NCBI GenBank assembly: GCA_034780895.1
Contig: JAUZTB010000065.1
Coordinates: 15,489,471-15,553,470, forward strand
Direction: 5' to 3'
DNA length: 64,000 bases
DNA from: Rhynchobatus australiae
Lineage: Eukaryota
Numbering within the stretch: the stretch's first letter is position 1; each line of letters starts with the position of its first letter. The position numbers and the translations under genes were made by a program. Shown here one piece after another: positions 25,601 to 39,120 of the stretch. A model generated the notes under the pieces. The model worked only from the letters and a program-made list of their open reading frames with translations, had not been told where the DNA came from and searched no databases.

Positions 25601-26929
25601 TTTGGGAATCTCTGCATCACCTGCCCTTGGACTGAGCCAAGGCCACCAATCACAGGCCCAGGCAGCAGGCCGTCAAGGAGCCTGTCTAGACCAACTATTT
25701 GCCCTCTTTCAAGGTTTCATTCATGCTCATGTGTTTCTGGAGAAGAAGCACATCATGTCCATTGTGGGTCCACAATGTACCTCAAAGATCTGAGTGCATC
25801 CTGGACATCAAGAATAAAGTTTTAATTTAAAAAGAAGACAAATAGAAAAATAACACAAAAAGGGGTCCTGGAGATAAAGATTAAAAAAAAGTATGGGATG
25901 GGGTATAAATTTGTATTATGGCTGCCCTGGGACTGTTTGATGGGCTCTGTGGAGTGAGCTTTACTTTGCAGCTGCTTGGCCTTTTACCTGATTTGAGAGA
26001 AAGAATGAGGAAGAGTTCTATTTTGAACAGTTAATTTATTCATGAGAATAATCACAAAATAATCACCAAAATGATTCTACCAGCAGCAAGGATATGAAGA
26101 AGTACCTTATTTATTGCTTTAGGTTTGAACAGTCTTGTGTGTAATCTAAGCATCTCTAAATCTGCATTACCTACTACTCCAGTTTAATTGTGAGTAGAGA
26201 AAATAATGTCATGAGATGGTCACTTGACCATTTATGAAGCAATGCAAAAAATAATTGTTGACAAGTATTACAATCCACGATTATATCGTCACATTCCAAC
26301 AGAATAAAATGGGAGAAATCCAAAATTGTCACTGATCTTCACAGTAAAAAAAAGCAGCCAGCTGTTTAAATAATGATCATTCATCCTCCACTGTCACAAT
26401 TTGCACACTGATCCATTCAGATTTCAATTCGCCCAGACTGTGAGAATAAAAGAGCCAACAAAAGCAAAATATTGAGTAAATACTTGGCCAACATCTCGGC
26501 CTTCAGTCAAGGTGACCTTTCAATGCGTTGGGCTCAAGTCTCAGAGGTCCTGGAGGTTAAATGGAAAAATGATAATAGGGCTTTCACTTCTGTTAGTCAA
26601 ATAGTTCACCTCAAGTAATCATTTGCTAACCTTCATTCTCACTTTGTGTCCCAAAGGTTGATGCCACAGGATTTAATGCTACTCCTACAACAATAACAAC
26701 CTGCATTTACTTAGTACCTTCCACATAGAATAATCTTACCAGTGCCTGTCACTCTATCACTCACTTGCAAGGAACAGGCAGTAGAGAAAAGAAATCTGAT
26801 AATCGTTTCTTTTAAATTTAACTTCAAAGTTCAATATTAGGGAGAAAATTATACAGGAAAGCTGTGGTTCAATTTCCCACCTGGCACTTGGGAAAAAGTC
26901 TTGTACATAAAGAAAATGATGACTTTACA

Positions 26930-27255
26930 GATGTGCTCCTTTCAAGGAGATTTAAGCTAATGCCTCATCTGCTCTCTCAAATGGACAAAATTATTACCGG
27001 GCACTGGTTTGGGTAACAGAAGGCAGTTCGTCCCAGCGTCTGATAATATGTTTGTCCATCTGAGAGAGATGAGGCATTAGTTCAATAGTAAAACAATCAG
27101 ATTATGTGACCATTATCTCATGGGACCTGCGGGATCTTGCTATGTTCAAATTGGCCAATGTGTTTCCTGCAATACTAATGTGACTACACTTCAGAAAGTA
27201 GCTCATTGGTCAAAAAGTACCTTGGCACATTCTGGGTTCAGAAAAGATGCCAATG
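26930..27255 (+). mobile_element. Deu-domain SINE with internal inverted duplication
   Basis: Deu body cagattatgtgaccattatctca..gggatcttgcta..caaattggcc..gtgactacacttcagaaagta. Inverted repeat at 26957-26997 and 27042-27080. Confidence 0.65.
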
Positions 27256-27869
27256 AACAACACATTGTTTTACCCATCCTTTTGTTGCTCCCCAGAACCA
27301 AATGGGTCAACTTTATGAAATAATCAGATTGCAAATAGGTCTTCTTCTCTCACTTAACGTACTCAGTGCCAGATTTCAGAATTGGGGAAGAGTCCTCATT
27401 TTTAGTAAATGGGATCAGGTAGTTACTACCTCTGCCTTAAGGATGGTGTTTTCAGTCAGGGGTTATCCTTCCATCATAGACTGCAAACAAAAACAGAGAG
27501 AAGAAGGAACTACTCTAATATATCTCTGTTGGTTCAGACATGTCGGAACAGATCTGAGCGTTCAACTCACAAAATTTGATCCTGGCTTCAGTTCAAGGTA
27601 AATAGGAGGAAATGTAGGAGTCCAGAGTTTGTGTTTGAGTGAAATATAAACTTTAACAAATTTCACTGATCTTAATCTTGGGTATCATCCAATCACACCT
27701 ACAGGAAGGAAGATTCTGACAGTTGGAAAGGCAAGATGAGGGATGAGTGAACATTTTCAGAGTTAAATCAGGCAGAATAAAAAGAACTATCAACATACAT
27801 CACACACAGGATCATTTACTGTTCCTATTTAACTACAACATAGGCTCTGTTCATGTACTTTCCAATCAT

Positions 27870-28250
27870 AAAACATAAGAAATAGGAGCAGGATTCAGCA
27901 TTGCCTATTCCAGTATTCAATACTGTCAATTAACCTTTACAACAGCTGCTCTTTCCCACTTTGAATCCAAATACCTTGATTCCATTAATGTCCAAGGGAC
28001 TGTTGACCTCAGCATACTCAATAACTGAGTCCTCTAAGGTCCTCTAAGGCTGAGATTTTCAAAGATCCCTAGGCCTCTCATGAAGGCATTTTTCTTCATT
28101 GCTGTCCAAAATGCTTTATAACGAGACAAAGATTCCCTAGTTTTACATTCTCCAGCCAGGGATCAGCATCTACTCTGTCAGGCCTCTAAGACTTTTATAT
28201 ACTTTAGTGACAACAACTCTCATTCTTCAACCTCCTTCGAGGATAGGTCT
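27870..28250 (-). mobile_element. CR1-type LINE 3' fragment
   Basis: aaaacataagaaataggagcagga tail followed by decayed ORF2 end. Confidence 0.6.
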
Positions 28251-29233
28251 CCACACTGAATGACACTGAAAACAAAATAGTTCTTGTTTTAAGGGATCTA
28301 AACTAAAAGGCACACATTCCTTCTACAATTCTCCATCGGGCTGTGTGTTAGCTTTTTCCCGGTTCTTTTCAACTTGAGTCTGTTTGAAAAATCTTGCTGC
28401 ATTGGCTCTCAAGCTAGTGGGACCTGGGCTTGAAGCCAGGCAGACTTACAGAGCAAAAGTCTCCACCCTCTGCTGACTGTGAGAATGCTGTCAACAGTGA
28501 CATTGGGACATTTCTCATAGGTTTAGCCTAAAACCCAATGGCTGTAAAACCATGGAGAATTTATCTTTATCCTTGTCTAAAGGAAGAAAAGTGGCAGGAA
28601 GTTGGAGGAGGGGGGTAAACATTGCCAGCATGCTTGGGTTTCTGTTTCATTATTTTTAAACCCATTCCTAGCTATCCTGCCAAGGTAATCGATCATTGTG
28701 TGAGCTCCCAGCAGAGGGCCATAATTGCAGACTGTTAAACACTTCACAAAGTGATGCCATGCAAGAGACCAGGTCTGTCACCGTACATATTCCCCTGGTG
28801 CAGAATTTGTCTCACCTCANNNNNNNNNNNNNNNNNNNNNNNNNNNNNNNNNNNNNNNNNNNNNNNNNNNNNNNNNNNNNNNNNNNNNNNNNNNNNNNNN
28901 NNNNNNNNNNNNNNNNNNNTTATGTCTCTGTACTGTACTGCTGCTGCAAAACAGCAAATTTCATATCATATGTCAATGATATAAATCTGATTCTGATGAG
29001 TATTGCAGTATTCCAGTAATAATACACTAATAATATACATTTTCAATAAATATTAACAATAGTCCCAATCCCTCTCAAATACAAATTATTGATTTTCTTT
29101 CTCATCACAATATTTTATATTGCTTCCTACACTACTCTCTCACCTCAGGAGACTGGGTCATTTTCTTATCAAGCATGGCTCATTAGTTTATCATATTACG
29201 TGCAGATTAACAAGTAAGAATAACAAAACCAAC

Positions 29234-29407
29234 CTGAACTTGCTGCTGTTGCAAATGCAACAGGTCCACGGGACTCACTTCACCATTTGCATCCCCATTT
29301 GAACTACCTTCTCGCCCTCCACCATCTGACTGGCTACTTAAACTACTAACTCCGTTCTGATTGGCTGAAGTGCTTCGTATTGCCTCTGATGCAGACTCCA
29401 CCATCAT
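29234..29407 (-). CDS. FOXP4: Forkhead box P4, first coding exon (58 codons, phase-0 donor)
   Basis: Translates to [58 protein letters not shown]. This matches the FOXP4 N-terminus as I recall it ([12 protein letters not shown]...NGEMSPAELLHFQQQQ); FOXP1/2 begin MMQES. Donor CAG|gttggt at 29234/29233. In-frame TAA 6 nt upstream of the ATG. Confidence 0.93.
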
Positions 29408-29417
29408 GGCTTAAAAC
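29408..29417 (-). other. FOXP4: 5'UTR part of the FOXP4 first coding exon with splice acceptor
   Basis: Minus strand reads tttttactgttatccccttttag|GTTTTAAGCC-ATG: pyrimidine tract, AG, then a 10-nt UTR. Confidence 0.85.
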
Positions 29418-29519
29418 CTAAAAGGGGATAACAGTAAAAAACAAATAATTAATGATCTCCTGCCTTGCAGTTCAGCACATTCACCATGCATGCAAGTTAA
29501 AAATTTCCTGACTATAAAT

Positions 29520-29920
29520 CACAGAATCTTATAGCACAGAAAAGTGGTCCTTCAGCCATTAAAAGACCTGCCCAGTTGATCTCAGTCCTCAGCTCTTTTC
29601 GCTTATAACCCTTCAAGTATTTAAAAGTTACTGTTGAATCCCTTTCTGACATTACGTTCCATATCATAACAACCTAGAGTGTAAAATAAATTCTACTCAT
29701 TTTCTTTTCAGTTCTAATAATCTGAAAACTGAGTTCTCTGGTCTCTTGCCCTATGCCAGAGGCAACAGTTACTCTTAATTTTATCCTACAGGTAACACCA
29801 GTATTAAATCTTCCTTGATCCTTCTCTGCTTTAAGGAGAAGAACCCTGTGTTCTCGAGCTAGATGAAGTTCTACAATTGTTGTGGGATTTGCATAAACCT
29901 CCTCTATACACTTTCCAATC
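29520..29920 (-). mobile_element. CR1-type LINE 3' fragment
   Basis: cacagaatcttatagcacagaaa..ccttcagcc...ccttctctgctttaaggagaagaaccc...aaacctcctctataca. Confidence 0.6.
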
Positions 29921-32900
29921 TCATGTTGCGTGGAACCATACCGATCAGAAATCCCATTTTGACTCCCAACTAATCCTGCATTAAGTGTTCATACTTTGGC
30001 AGCATTTGGTACTGCTGCCACAGTTGGATTCTGGAGCCCGACTGCCATCAACTGAATACATGTGTTAAGCATATCAGAAGGTGAATAAGCAAGGTAAGAT
30101 CTGATGTCCTCTCCTGGCCTGGCCACATTGATTGCCTTGACTTAATAATTTCTGTTCTCTTCTCACTTTTTGTTGGTGGATTAGATTGAAATAAATTTTT
30201 CAGCTGGTAGTAACCTTCTTATGTATTTACGATAATTATAAGTGAAATACCTGTGGTAACAGATCATTTGTGGGCTCCTCAAAGTTGCTTCTTCTTTCTA
30301 TAGCCAATAGCAACAGCTCTCCAGAATAATGTAACAGTGCAGTTTTCCACCGGCTCACTAGGTATGTTTCTCAGGATCATGTATGCTCAGTGCATAATTT
30401 TATGATGTGTTCGCCCAGTGAATGAGAATCAGCACCACTCCCGGAAAAGCCCAGCAACAAGCTTCCAGCCTGTTGACAAGGACTCTGAATACTGGTCTGG
30501 ATTCTCTGGGAATTANNNNNNNNNNNNNNNNNNNNNNNNNNNNNNNNNNNNNNNNNNNNNNNNNNNNNNNNNNNNNNNNNNNNNNNNNNNNNNNNNNNNN
30601 NNNNNNNNNNNNNNNGCTGATGTCCAGGATGTAGGTCCGAGTAACATCCGGGGGGAAGAAAAAAAATCAGGGCATTAAAAAAAGTGATTTTATTAAATTT
30701 TCTTTCAATACTTCAGTTTTACAGAAAATGCATGATCTAAAAAAAAATGTCTGATGGGTAAACCAGTATTATCCAGCTGAGGAATGGAGAGTAGGCTCAC
30801 TATCTGATTTGTGTGTCGAGGGAGTACACCATGAAGATTGACATGTTTGTTTGACCAGTTAGGGATGGGGTGAGGTCAAGTGATGAAACCTCCATGAATA
30901 TGCCAAACCAGAGTTGGCATCCCTGCTGCCGATACTTTTACAAGCTATTAGTAGGTCAGTCTGACCGTGATCTTGGGCAGGAGTCAAGAATTATGACACG
31001 AGAGAAAATTTTTTTTTGACACAACAAATGATTAAGGTCTGGAATGAACGAGCAATTGATTTACATAGGCATAGGCTCCAGGCCAAGTGCTGGAAGATGC
31101 GACTAACGCAAGTTGGTGCTCCCTGGTCCTTGTGGATATGATGGGTTGAATAGCCTGTATGGAGGCAGATTCCATTTTAGTGTTCAAAAGGGAGTTGGAT
31201 ACATAAATGAAAGGGAAGAAAATTGAGGAGGCTAATGGAAGGCAATGGGGAGACTGGACAGGCTACACTGCTCTTAATTGGAGCCAGTACTCACTGAAGG
31301 GGCGAACGGCCTCCTTCCATGCTGTAGCCATACTGTGACTCTACAATTCTTGTTATTTTTCCCCTTCTCTCCCATTTCCAGGTGCAAACTCCTGTTCTGA
31401 CTATTATTTAGTTCTTTGCTCATCCTATGTCCTTGCTAGCCTGAGATTCCTCAATACTAGACAACAAGATGAAGAGCACCTTATCTAGAAATTGAAATGC
31501 ACCCATCTTCGGTGAGCTGAGACACTGCCATATTTAGTGCTAGTACCAAATCAAGTTGCTGGAACAAGTCGAGATTTTGGTCATGATCCAGCTTGAAACA
31601 GCATTAGGGCAGTTTATAAGCAAAGGCGATATTTGCTTGTGGGACCTCAGTACTTCAATGCATCTGCCTCTGCATAGGAATCAGAGAAGTGCGCAAGTCC
31701 TTAAAGGCACATAACAGACAAACAACAGCAATACACATTTGGCTGCCACAGAGAATAGAGAAGATGCAGGGAGAATGTATGTCAGCAGTGAGATCCCAAG
31801 TGTCAGGGGACCAGAGCATCTGCCAAGGTCACTAGAATATCCTGGCAGGAGGTGGCTAGAGTCCACTGGCCTTGGATAGAGCTCAGATCTGCCAACCAGC
31901 CTCAATGGCACATCAACGGTTCAATGGGAATTACTTCTTGGCTTTCCTTCAGACTCGGTGCAGAGACTTTTACTCTGCTGTCAATGTATTTCTTAGTTCA
32001 ATCAGTGAGAGGTGTTACGTTATTGAATTACTGTAATGCAAGAGGGGCATTCTATTTCTAAGATGGGCTTGCAGAGTTAAGCCTAGCACTATCAAACACA
32101 GAGCCCATTCAAAATCCTCTGCCCAAGTTTCAAATATGTCACATGGAACCTGAGCCAAAGTCAGGAGGAGAAACTAATTCCCTTCTCAGCTGGCTCCCCA
32201 TTTCTTCCTTGCCACAGTGGTTTGGAGTGAAGGTTTGTTACTTAGCTGTGATCTGGTAATTTATGGCTATGTGATCCCACCTTTGTGGCATGCAAGAAAT
32301 GTTTACTCCCATCAGTTTCAACATGTTGCCAGCCATAAATCCAAAGGATTTCTCAACTTTTGAACTTTTCAGTCTCTGGGAGCTGACAGGGTAATTACAG
32401 ATATAGGTGTCCCCTTGAAGTGAGGAGTGGTTTTTGGTAAGTGAAAACACTCCAATAGCACTGCATTAGTCCAGCTGCTTCATCAGGATCATGCTACAAT
32501 TCTGCTCATTTCATTAAACCCACTAATTTCCCATTCTGGAACCCCCTTTTTCTTGCCTGACTATTAAAATGCACCCACTGTTGTTGTATTGCACCTATCG
32601 CTGGAGTGATGTCACTTGGTGTGCACTTGAAGCTGGGAAATCTTTGGACACCAACATAGATTGTTGGGCTAAATGCCCTGTTTCCATCATATAACATCCG
32701 AGGTGTATAATCTCTTGATCCTTTAAAGATCTCAGGTAACCCCAATTCTATCCTAAGAATCCTACTAAGATATAAACAAACTATCTTGTCATGTCTCTTT
32801 TTTCATTCAGAGATGTTACTAGATGAATATTTATTCCTTGACCATCAAATTGTCTGGTCATTATCTCACTATCTGTGGAAACTTACAATGCACAAATTTC

Positions 32901-33644
32901 CTGATATATTTGTTACTTAGCAGTAGTGACTATACTTCAAAAGTAATCATTGGCTTTAAAGCTGTTTGAAATGACCTAAGGGTTGATAAGTACTGTATAA
33001 ATGTGAATTATATGCATCTATGTATTGTACAAGAACTCCAAATTGGATCCAAATTTTCAGCACAGCTTTGTGGACTGAAGGACCTCAATTGTGCTGTAGT
33101 TTTTCTATGTTTCTATGGATCCCTTAAACCTAAAATACAGTATTAGGGCACAACTTAAAGCCAAACTACTGACAATTCCGTGAATGAAATAATCTTTGGA
33201 ACTATATATTCACTTTCACAACAAAACTGCCAGCACTTTTCAATCTGTACACCTGACTTCCCAGCTCACTGCTATGATGTAAAACAGCTTCACCTAGGAA
33301 CTGTGAATAGAAGTGGCTGACTTAGAGTGAAGAATCAAACACACAACCGTTAAATCATGGCTGATGAACATTTGACGTAGTAGGGACCTGTGGGAGTAAG
33401 GTTGCTAACTCTGGCTAGACGAATTCCTGGAGGTTTCCTAACCTGACCTTCTACCCCTACTGCCCCGACGTCACAGTTCTTGCCATTAGTCACCCAACAT
33501 GAAATCATACATACAGTGACCAGGTCACTTGGCCATTGTGCCTGTCCTGGCTTTTTGAAAGAGCAAATCATTTAATCTCACTTCCCTGCTCTTTTTTCCT
33601 AGTCCTGTAAACCTTCTTTCTCCCTTCCAATGTTTGTCCATTTC

Positions 33645-33784
33645 AGAGACTTTTTCCCAGGGTGACAATGGCTAACATGAGGGGACATAATTTTAAGGTG
33701 ATTGGAGGAAGATACAACAGGGATGTCAGGGGTAAGTTTTTTTTTACACAGAGAGTGGAGGGGGCGTGGAACACACTGCCGGCA
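33645..33784 (+). mobile_element. Young CR1/HER1 LINE fragment running into a large N gap
   Basis: MANMRGHNFKVIGGRYNRDVRGKFFFTQRVEGAWNTLP. Confidence 0.88.
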
Positions 33785-36700
33785 NNNNNNNNNNNNNNNN
33801 NNNNNNNNNNNNNNNNNNNNNNNNNNNNNNNNNNNNNNNNNNNNNNNNNNNNNNNNNNNNNNNNNNNNNNNNNNNNNNNNNNNNNNNNNNNNNNNNNNNN
33901 NNNNNNNNNNNNNNNNNNNNNNNNNNNNNNNNNNNNNNNNNNNNNNNNNNNNNNNNNNNNNNNNNNNNNNNNNNNNNNNNNNNNNNNNNNNNNNNNNNNN
34001 NNNNNNNNNNNNNNNNNNNNNNNNNNNNNNNNNNNNNNNNNNNNNNNNNNNNNNNNNNNNNNNNNNNNNNNNNNNNNNNNNNNNNNNNNNNNNNNNNNNN
34101 NNNNNNNNNNNNNNNNNNNNNNNNNNNNNNNNNNNNNNNNNNNNNNNNNNNNNNNNNNNNNNNNNNNNNNNNNNNNNNNNNNNNNNNNNNNNNNNNNNNN
34201 NNNNNNNNNNNNNNNNNNNNNNNNNNNNNNNNNNNNNNNNNNNNNNNNNNNNNNNNNNNNNNNNNNNNNNNNNNNNNNNNNNNNNNNNNNNNNNNNNNNN
34301 NNNNNNNNNNNNNNNNNNNNNNNNNNNNNNNNNNNNNNNNNNNNNNNNNNNNNNNNNNNNNNNNNNNNNNNNNNNNNNNNNNNNNNNNNNNNNNNNNNNN
34401 NNNNNNNNNNNNNNNNNNNNNNNNNNNNNNNNNNNNNNNNNNNNNNNNNNNNNNNNNNNNNNNNNNNNNNNNNNNNNNNNNNNNNNNNNNNNNNNNNNNN
34501 NNNNNNNNNNNNNNNNNNNNNNNNNNNNNNNNNNNNNNNNNNNNNNNNNNNNNNNNNNNNNNNNNNNNNNNNNNNNNNNNNNNNNNNNNNNNNNNNNNNN
34601 NNNNNNNNNNNNNNTTAAAACCCATACAAATACAGCAGAAACAAAAACAGAAAATGCTGGAAGCACCCAGCAGGTCAGGCACCGTCAGTGGGAAGAGTTA
34701 GTCAGAACAGGGACCCCTTCGTCACCTCTGAGCACTTCCAGTATTTTGCTTTGGATTTCTAACAAAGCAGTGATCTGCTCCAAGTACAGGTAGAGTTTCT
34801 GCAACAGTGCTCAGGAAGTGATTACAACTTCTGGTTTATTTGGCAAATCAGGTCAATCTTCTACCTAAAACAAAGAAAAAAGAAAATGCTGGATAAATTC
34901 TACAGGCCCAGCAGCACCTTTGGAAAGGGAAGCTGAGATAACTTTTCAGAGTATTTGTCCAGAAATTTAATTGAATAACTATGGATCTTTTTCACCATCA
35001 TTCAATGGAAAAATGATTTATTTTCTTTCCCCAGAGTGAAATGCATTACTGACCATTTTTAGGTTGTTTCATGTCACTTTGGAAATTTGACCAGGTGTGA
35101 GTCACCCTTGGCCCTTGTTGGGATTTAATTTTGATGTACTGCAGGGTAACCTGGGCTTTGTTGTTTTGTGAGTGCCTGTCATTGGTACTGCCAGGATAAC
35201 TTGGTCTGCCCAGTGCAGTGCTAGATTGGGATACCTGCCAGGTAAGTCAATTATTTTCATCAGTCAGCCTCCACAAACTCCTTTGCTGCACTGCACACCC
35301 CCCACCCACAATACTCACCAATTCCATTCTGCCCCCTTCCTCTTTGACCCTGTGGTTGCTTGAGGCCAGACCTCGATTCCCCGATGTGTTGCCTCAGCCT
35401 CCTGTCCATCCATCTCTGCAGGCCCCATTCCCTAATTCCTGATCTGTCCCACCCCCAGACCCAGATATCCCCTTGACCATTCATGTTGCTGGCATCAAAT
35501 TCTACAACCATTCTATCCCCAGTCATCAATCCTACCCTCAGCAATGTCAGAGAGCACACAAATTCAAACCCCAAAATGGGCAAAGCCCAATTAGTTGTGC
35601 TTGAAGGTCTTGGACTTTGGGCATAACTGTGGTCTGCAGCATGGTGCTAAAGATGACGTTATACCTATCCAATGGATCATTTCAGGTTCACAGAGTATTT
35701 TTTGCCAGTGTGTCTTAGAATGAAATGGCAGTGAATTAGGGATGAGATGAGGACAAATTACATCACCAAGCAGGCTGCTAATCTTTAGAATGTTGTCCTC
35801 TAGTGCATTATGGATGCTCAGTCTTTAAATATATTCAAGAGAGAGATCAATTGGTGTTTGCAGACCAAAGGACTCAAGGGAAATGGGGGTGGGAAAAGTG
35901 GAGTTGAGTTAAATGCTCAGCTATTTCCTTAATAAATATTAGAGCAATTTCAAAAGGCCATTTGATCTTATCTAGCTCCTGTTCCTTATATTTTAATATT
36001 CTTGGAAAGGGCTCAAGAGAACAAGTGCAAGCAAGCACTGAGAGACAGAGAGATACACCCACAGTCAGAACTACAACAATCCCATCATAAAGGCTGCCTT
36101 TCACTGACACCAGGTGCAGTGGCACTGGATTGAGACAATATCTTCTCTGTTGCTATATCCAGCACCCTAGTTGGTTCTCCTAGTGTCAGAGGAGAAACCA
36201 CACCCTTCAACATACACCTGAGCTGCACTTAAAATTTCAATATAACATCTCTGACTATCAGCCTTCTACCAGCAATACGAAGCATGATTTCCAATTGTTC
36301 AGCCTCAGTGAAAGACAATGTGAAATGTGGGGGCAGCAACTTATATATCCAACATATGGCTGTGACATCGACAAGATAGAACAGCCTGAGCTACAGAAAG
36401 AGGCCGACTGGGACACAAGCAAAAAAAAGGTTGAACTTTCAGTCTCACATTTAGAAAACACTTCAAAATTCTGAATTAAAAAGAAGAATCTTTAGGATCG
36501 AATAATTCATTAATATATTCTGGGACAATTCTTTCAAAGTAGGCTTGGTTCTGTTCCAAATGCACTAAAGGGTTTTCTGCATATTTTCAAATCCATTATC
36601 TTCAGCCGATTTCATTATGCTATCATGCACACATCACTTTCAGTGTTGAAGTCTGACAGAAAACAAAAGACAGCAATTGTACCCACTGGATCCTGTACAT

Positions 36701-38679
36701 AATGAATGATAATGCCAGTCATTAGGGTATTTCAATTCCTAATAGTCATTTGATATTTTTCAAGATCTCTCATTGGCAAACTCTCTTCCACCATGTGTAC
36801 TGGGTAGATGGCCAGTAATGATTATAAAGGCCAAGATTTTCTTCAGGGATAAATTCTCATCCACAATTTTATTCCCTTAAAATAAAACCTATCAAAATGG
36901 CAGAACTGAAAATAGGGTTGAAATATATATCTGTCTTTTAATTGTGCCAATTAATTCCATTGTTCCATGCAGTCAAATGGGGAAACACACTGACACTGAG
37001 AAATTGAAAGTAAAGCTATGTGCATAAGGTAAAAGATTAAGAAAGAATAAAGGTGCAGTATTTCAGGTTTTTGTGCAGTCATGAGAATGCACCCAAAATG
37101 TGTTTGAAACTGAATTGATTCAGTTGCAGTTCAAAGTTTTGTTAAAATTCATTTCCATACTCACAAATGTAAATTCTTCAATGAACTAATGCAAATAGCA
37201 AATAGGACATAATAGTTTAATTATTTTCATTAAGAAAATGTGCCTTAATGTACTTAAGAGAGATAACCTGGTGCAGCTCTTTAATAAAGCTCAAAAAGAA
37301 TTTCTTTTGCTTATCCAATCCAATTTTGATGAAAATTGCAATACATGCCTGAACACCACGGCTGGAATTTTCAACTGTGCATGTTCTGTCTGCAGGACAC
37401 TCATGCAGAAGCAAGCTGTCTCATCCAGCTATGAAGTCTGATTCAGCACAACATACAGGAAAACTGCTTGAGCAAGTCCCAGCCTGTTCTGGGAACCCAC
37501 CTTAGAGAGGTCCCTTTAATGATGAGTACTTATCTGGCTCTCTTTCGGATCCCATCATCCCCTTACATGAGCCCATGACCCTCACCTGCGCCAGTGCCCG
37601 CATCCACCAATCCACTGCGTTGATTTGTTAACCTCACCCACCCCGCCACCAATGACCATTAATCACACCCTGATCACCAATTGCAACCTTTGAATACTGT
37701 CATGAATAAAGTAATTGTTGGCCTGCCTCTACTGTCTAACGATAGAAGACCTCACCAGACTAACAAAGTGCTTTTATAAAGTTTGATTCCACCAACTGAG
37801 ACTAACTAAAATCACTGGAAATCTTTAATAACCATACTGTGCAACTTAGCAGTTTCATTGATGTTCCACGTTCAATTTCTTATGAAGCATTTTGTTACGA
37901 AAATAAATATTTAAGATCTGCCTAATTGTGTCTGTGCAACCAAGGTTTTTGAATGCTTCATGAAGAGCCTTTTGAACCAGGGTAACCAGCAGAAACTTAA
38001 TCCAGTTTGTGTGCAAGGCCAAACCTGGTCTAACTCACATCTTGAACCAGCGTATGAATATAAGTGATTGTAGGAGTGGCTGGTTTTCTGTTTAATATTT
38101 CCTGAGCTATTGTGCAGGTTCAGCCAATTCCTGGATTCCATCATGTTGACTGGAAACTTGAGCCTAAAGGGCCAACAAATATTTTATTCATGACATGAAA
38201 AGGGATGATGGAGAGAAATGGTGGGAGAAACAATGAGTAAGAGGCTTGGAGAAAGGTCATAAAAGAGTAAGATAGTGAGAGAACATTTGAGAGAATGGGC
38301 TTAAGGCAGTGAATGACCTACTCTTGCTCCCATTTAATCACTATAAGAAAGGAAGAGAAAAGGGGGAAGCTCACATTAACAAGTTCATCATCAGGACATA
38401 TCCAAAATGCTATGGGCATAGTAACGGACCCCACAGTTGGGGACTCCCTATCTTCCCTTCCTGATGCCAGATAGATAGCCCCAGTCCCACAAGATCTCCC
38501 AGACTACTAGCTATGAGTTGCCTGATATTTGTCCTTCCTAACTGAACACCGCCACTAATTAGCAGAAACAGGTGATCAGCTGAATGGTAGGATTCAAGTG
38601 AGGTCTATCTTTTAACAGTTATTCAGTTTCCAACTCATGGGAATTCAAAATGGCTACAAAGTGACAGAGCAAAATCCTT

Positions 38680-39120
38680 TTATTATCTCATTCTATTAAC
38701 ATAGTACTTCATCCTCAGCCACTTCATGGAGTTATCCAAAATCAGAGGACATAAAGTGATGTTAGAGAAGGTGATCAAAATATTGAATCAGGTCGCATGG
38801 CTTTGTCTAAACTGATGAGGGAGTGATAGGGAGATGTAAAAGTTCAGAAGGTGACTTCAAAGTTGAGGGAGTAGAATGCACAGTTGCCATTGATGAAGTG
38901 ATGTGATTCCAGTTTGCCCAAGAGGTTGGAATTGGAGGAGTGCAGAAGTCTCAGAGGGATGGAAAGCTGGAGCTTATAGAGAAAAGGGGTTGGGGTGAGG
39001 CTATGGAGAAATTTGAAGATAAAAGTAAGAAGTTTAAAATGAGGATATTGCTAGGCAGGGATGAAGGGTGATTGGAACTTGGTGTGAGTTGGGATGCAGA
39101 CCATTAGCTGTAGACAAACT
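38680..39120 (-). mobile_element. Decayed L2-type LINE 3' fragment
   Basis: aagaggttggaattggaggagtgcaga..tctcagaggg...ggtgaggctatggagaaatttgaa. Confidence 0.5.

Noticed and set aside
33599-34793. ORFs of more than 300 aa in the track
   Set aside because: Artifacts of translating through an N gap of about 830 nt.
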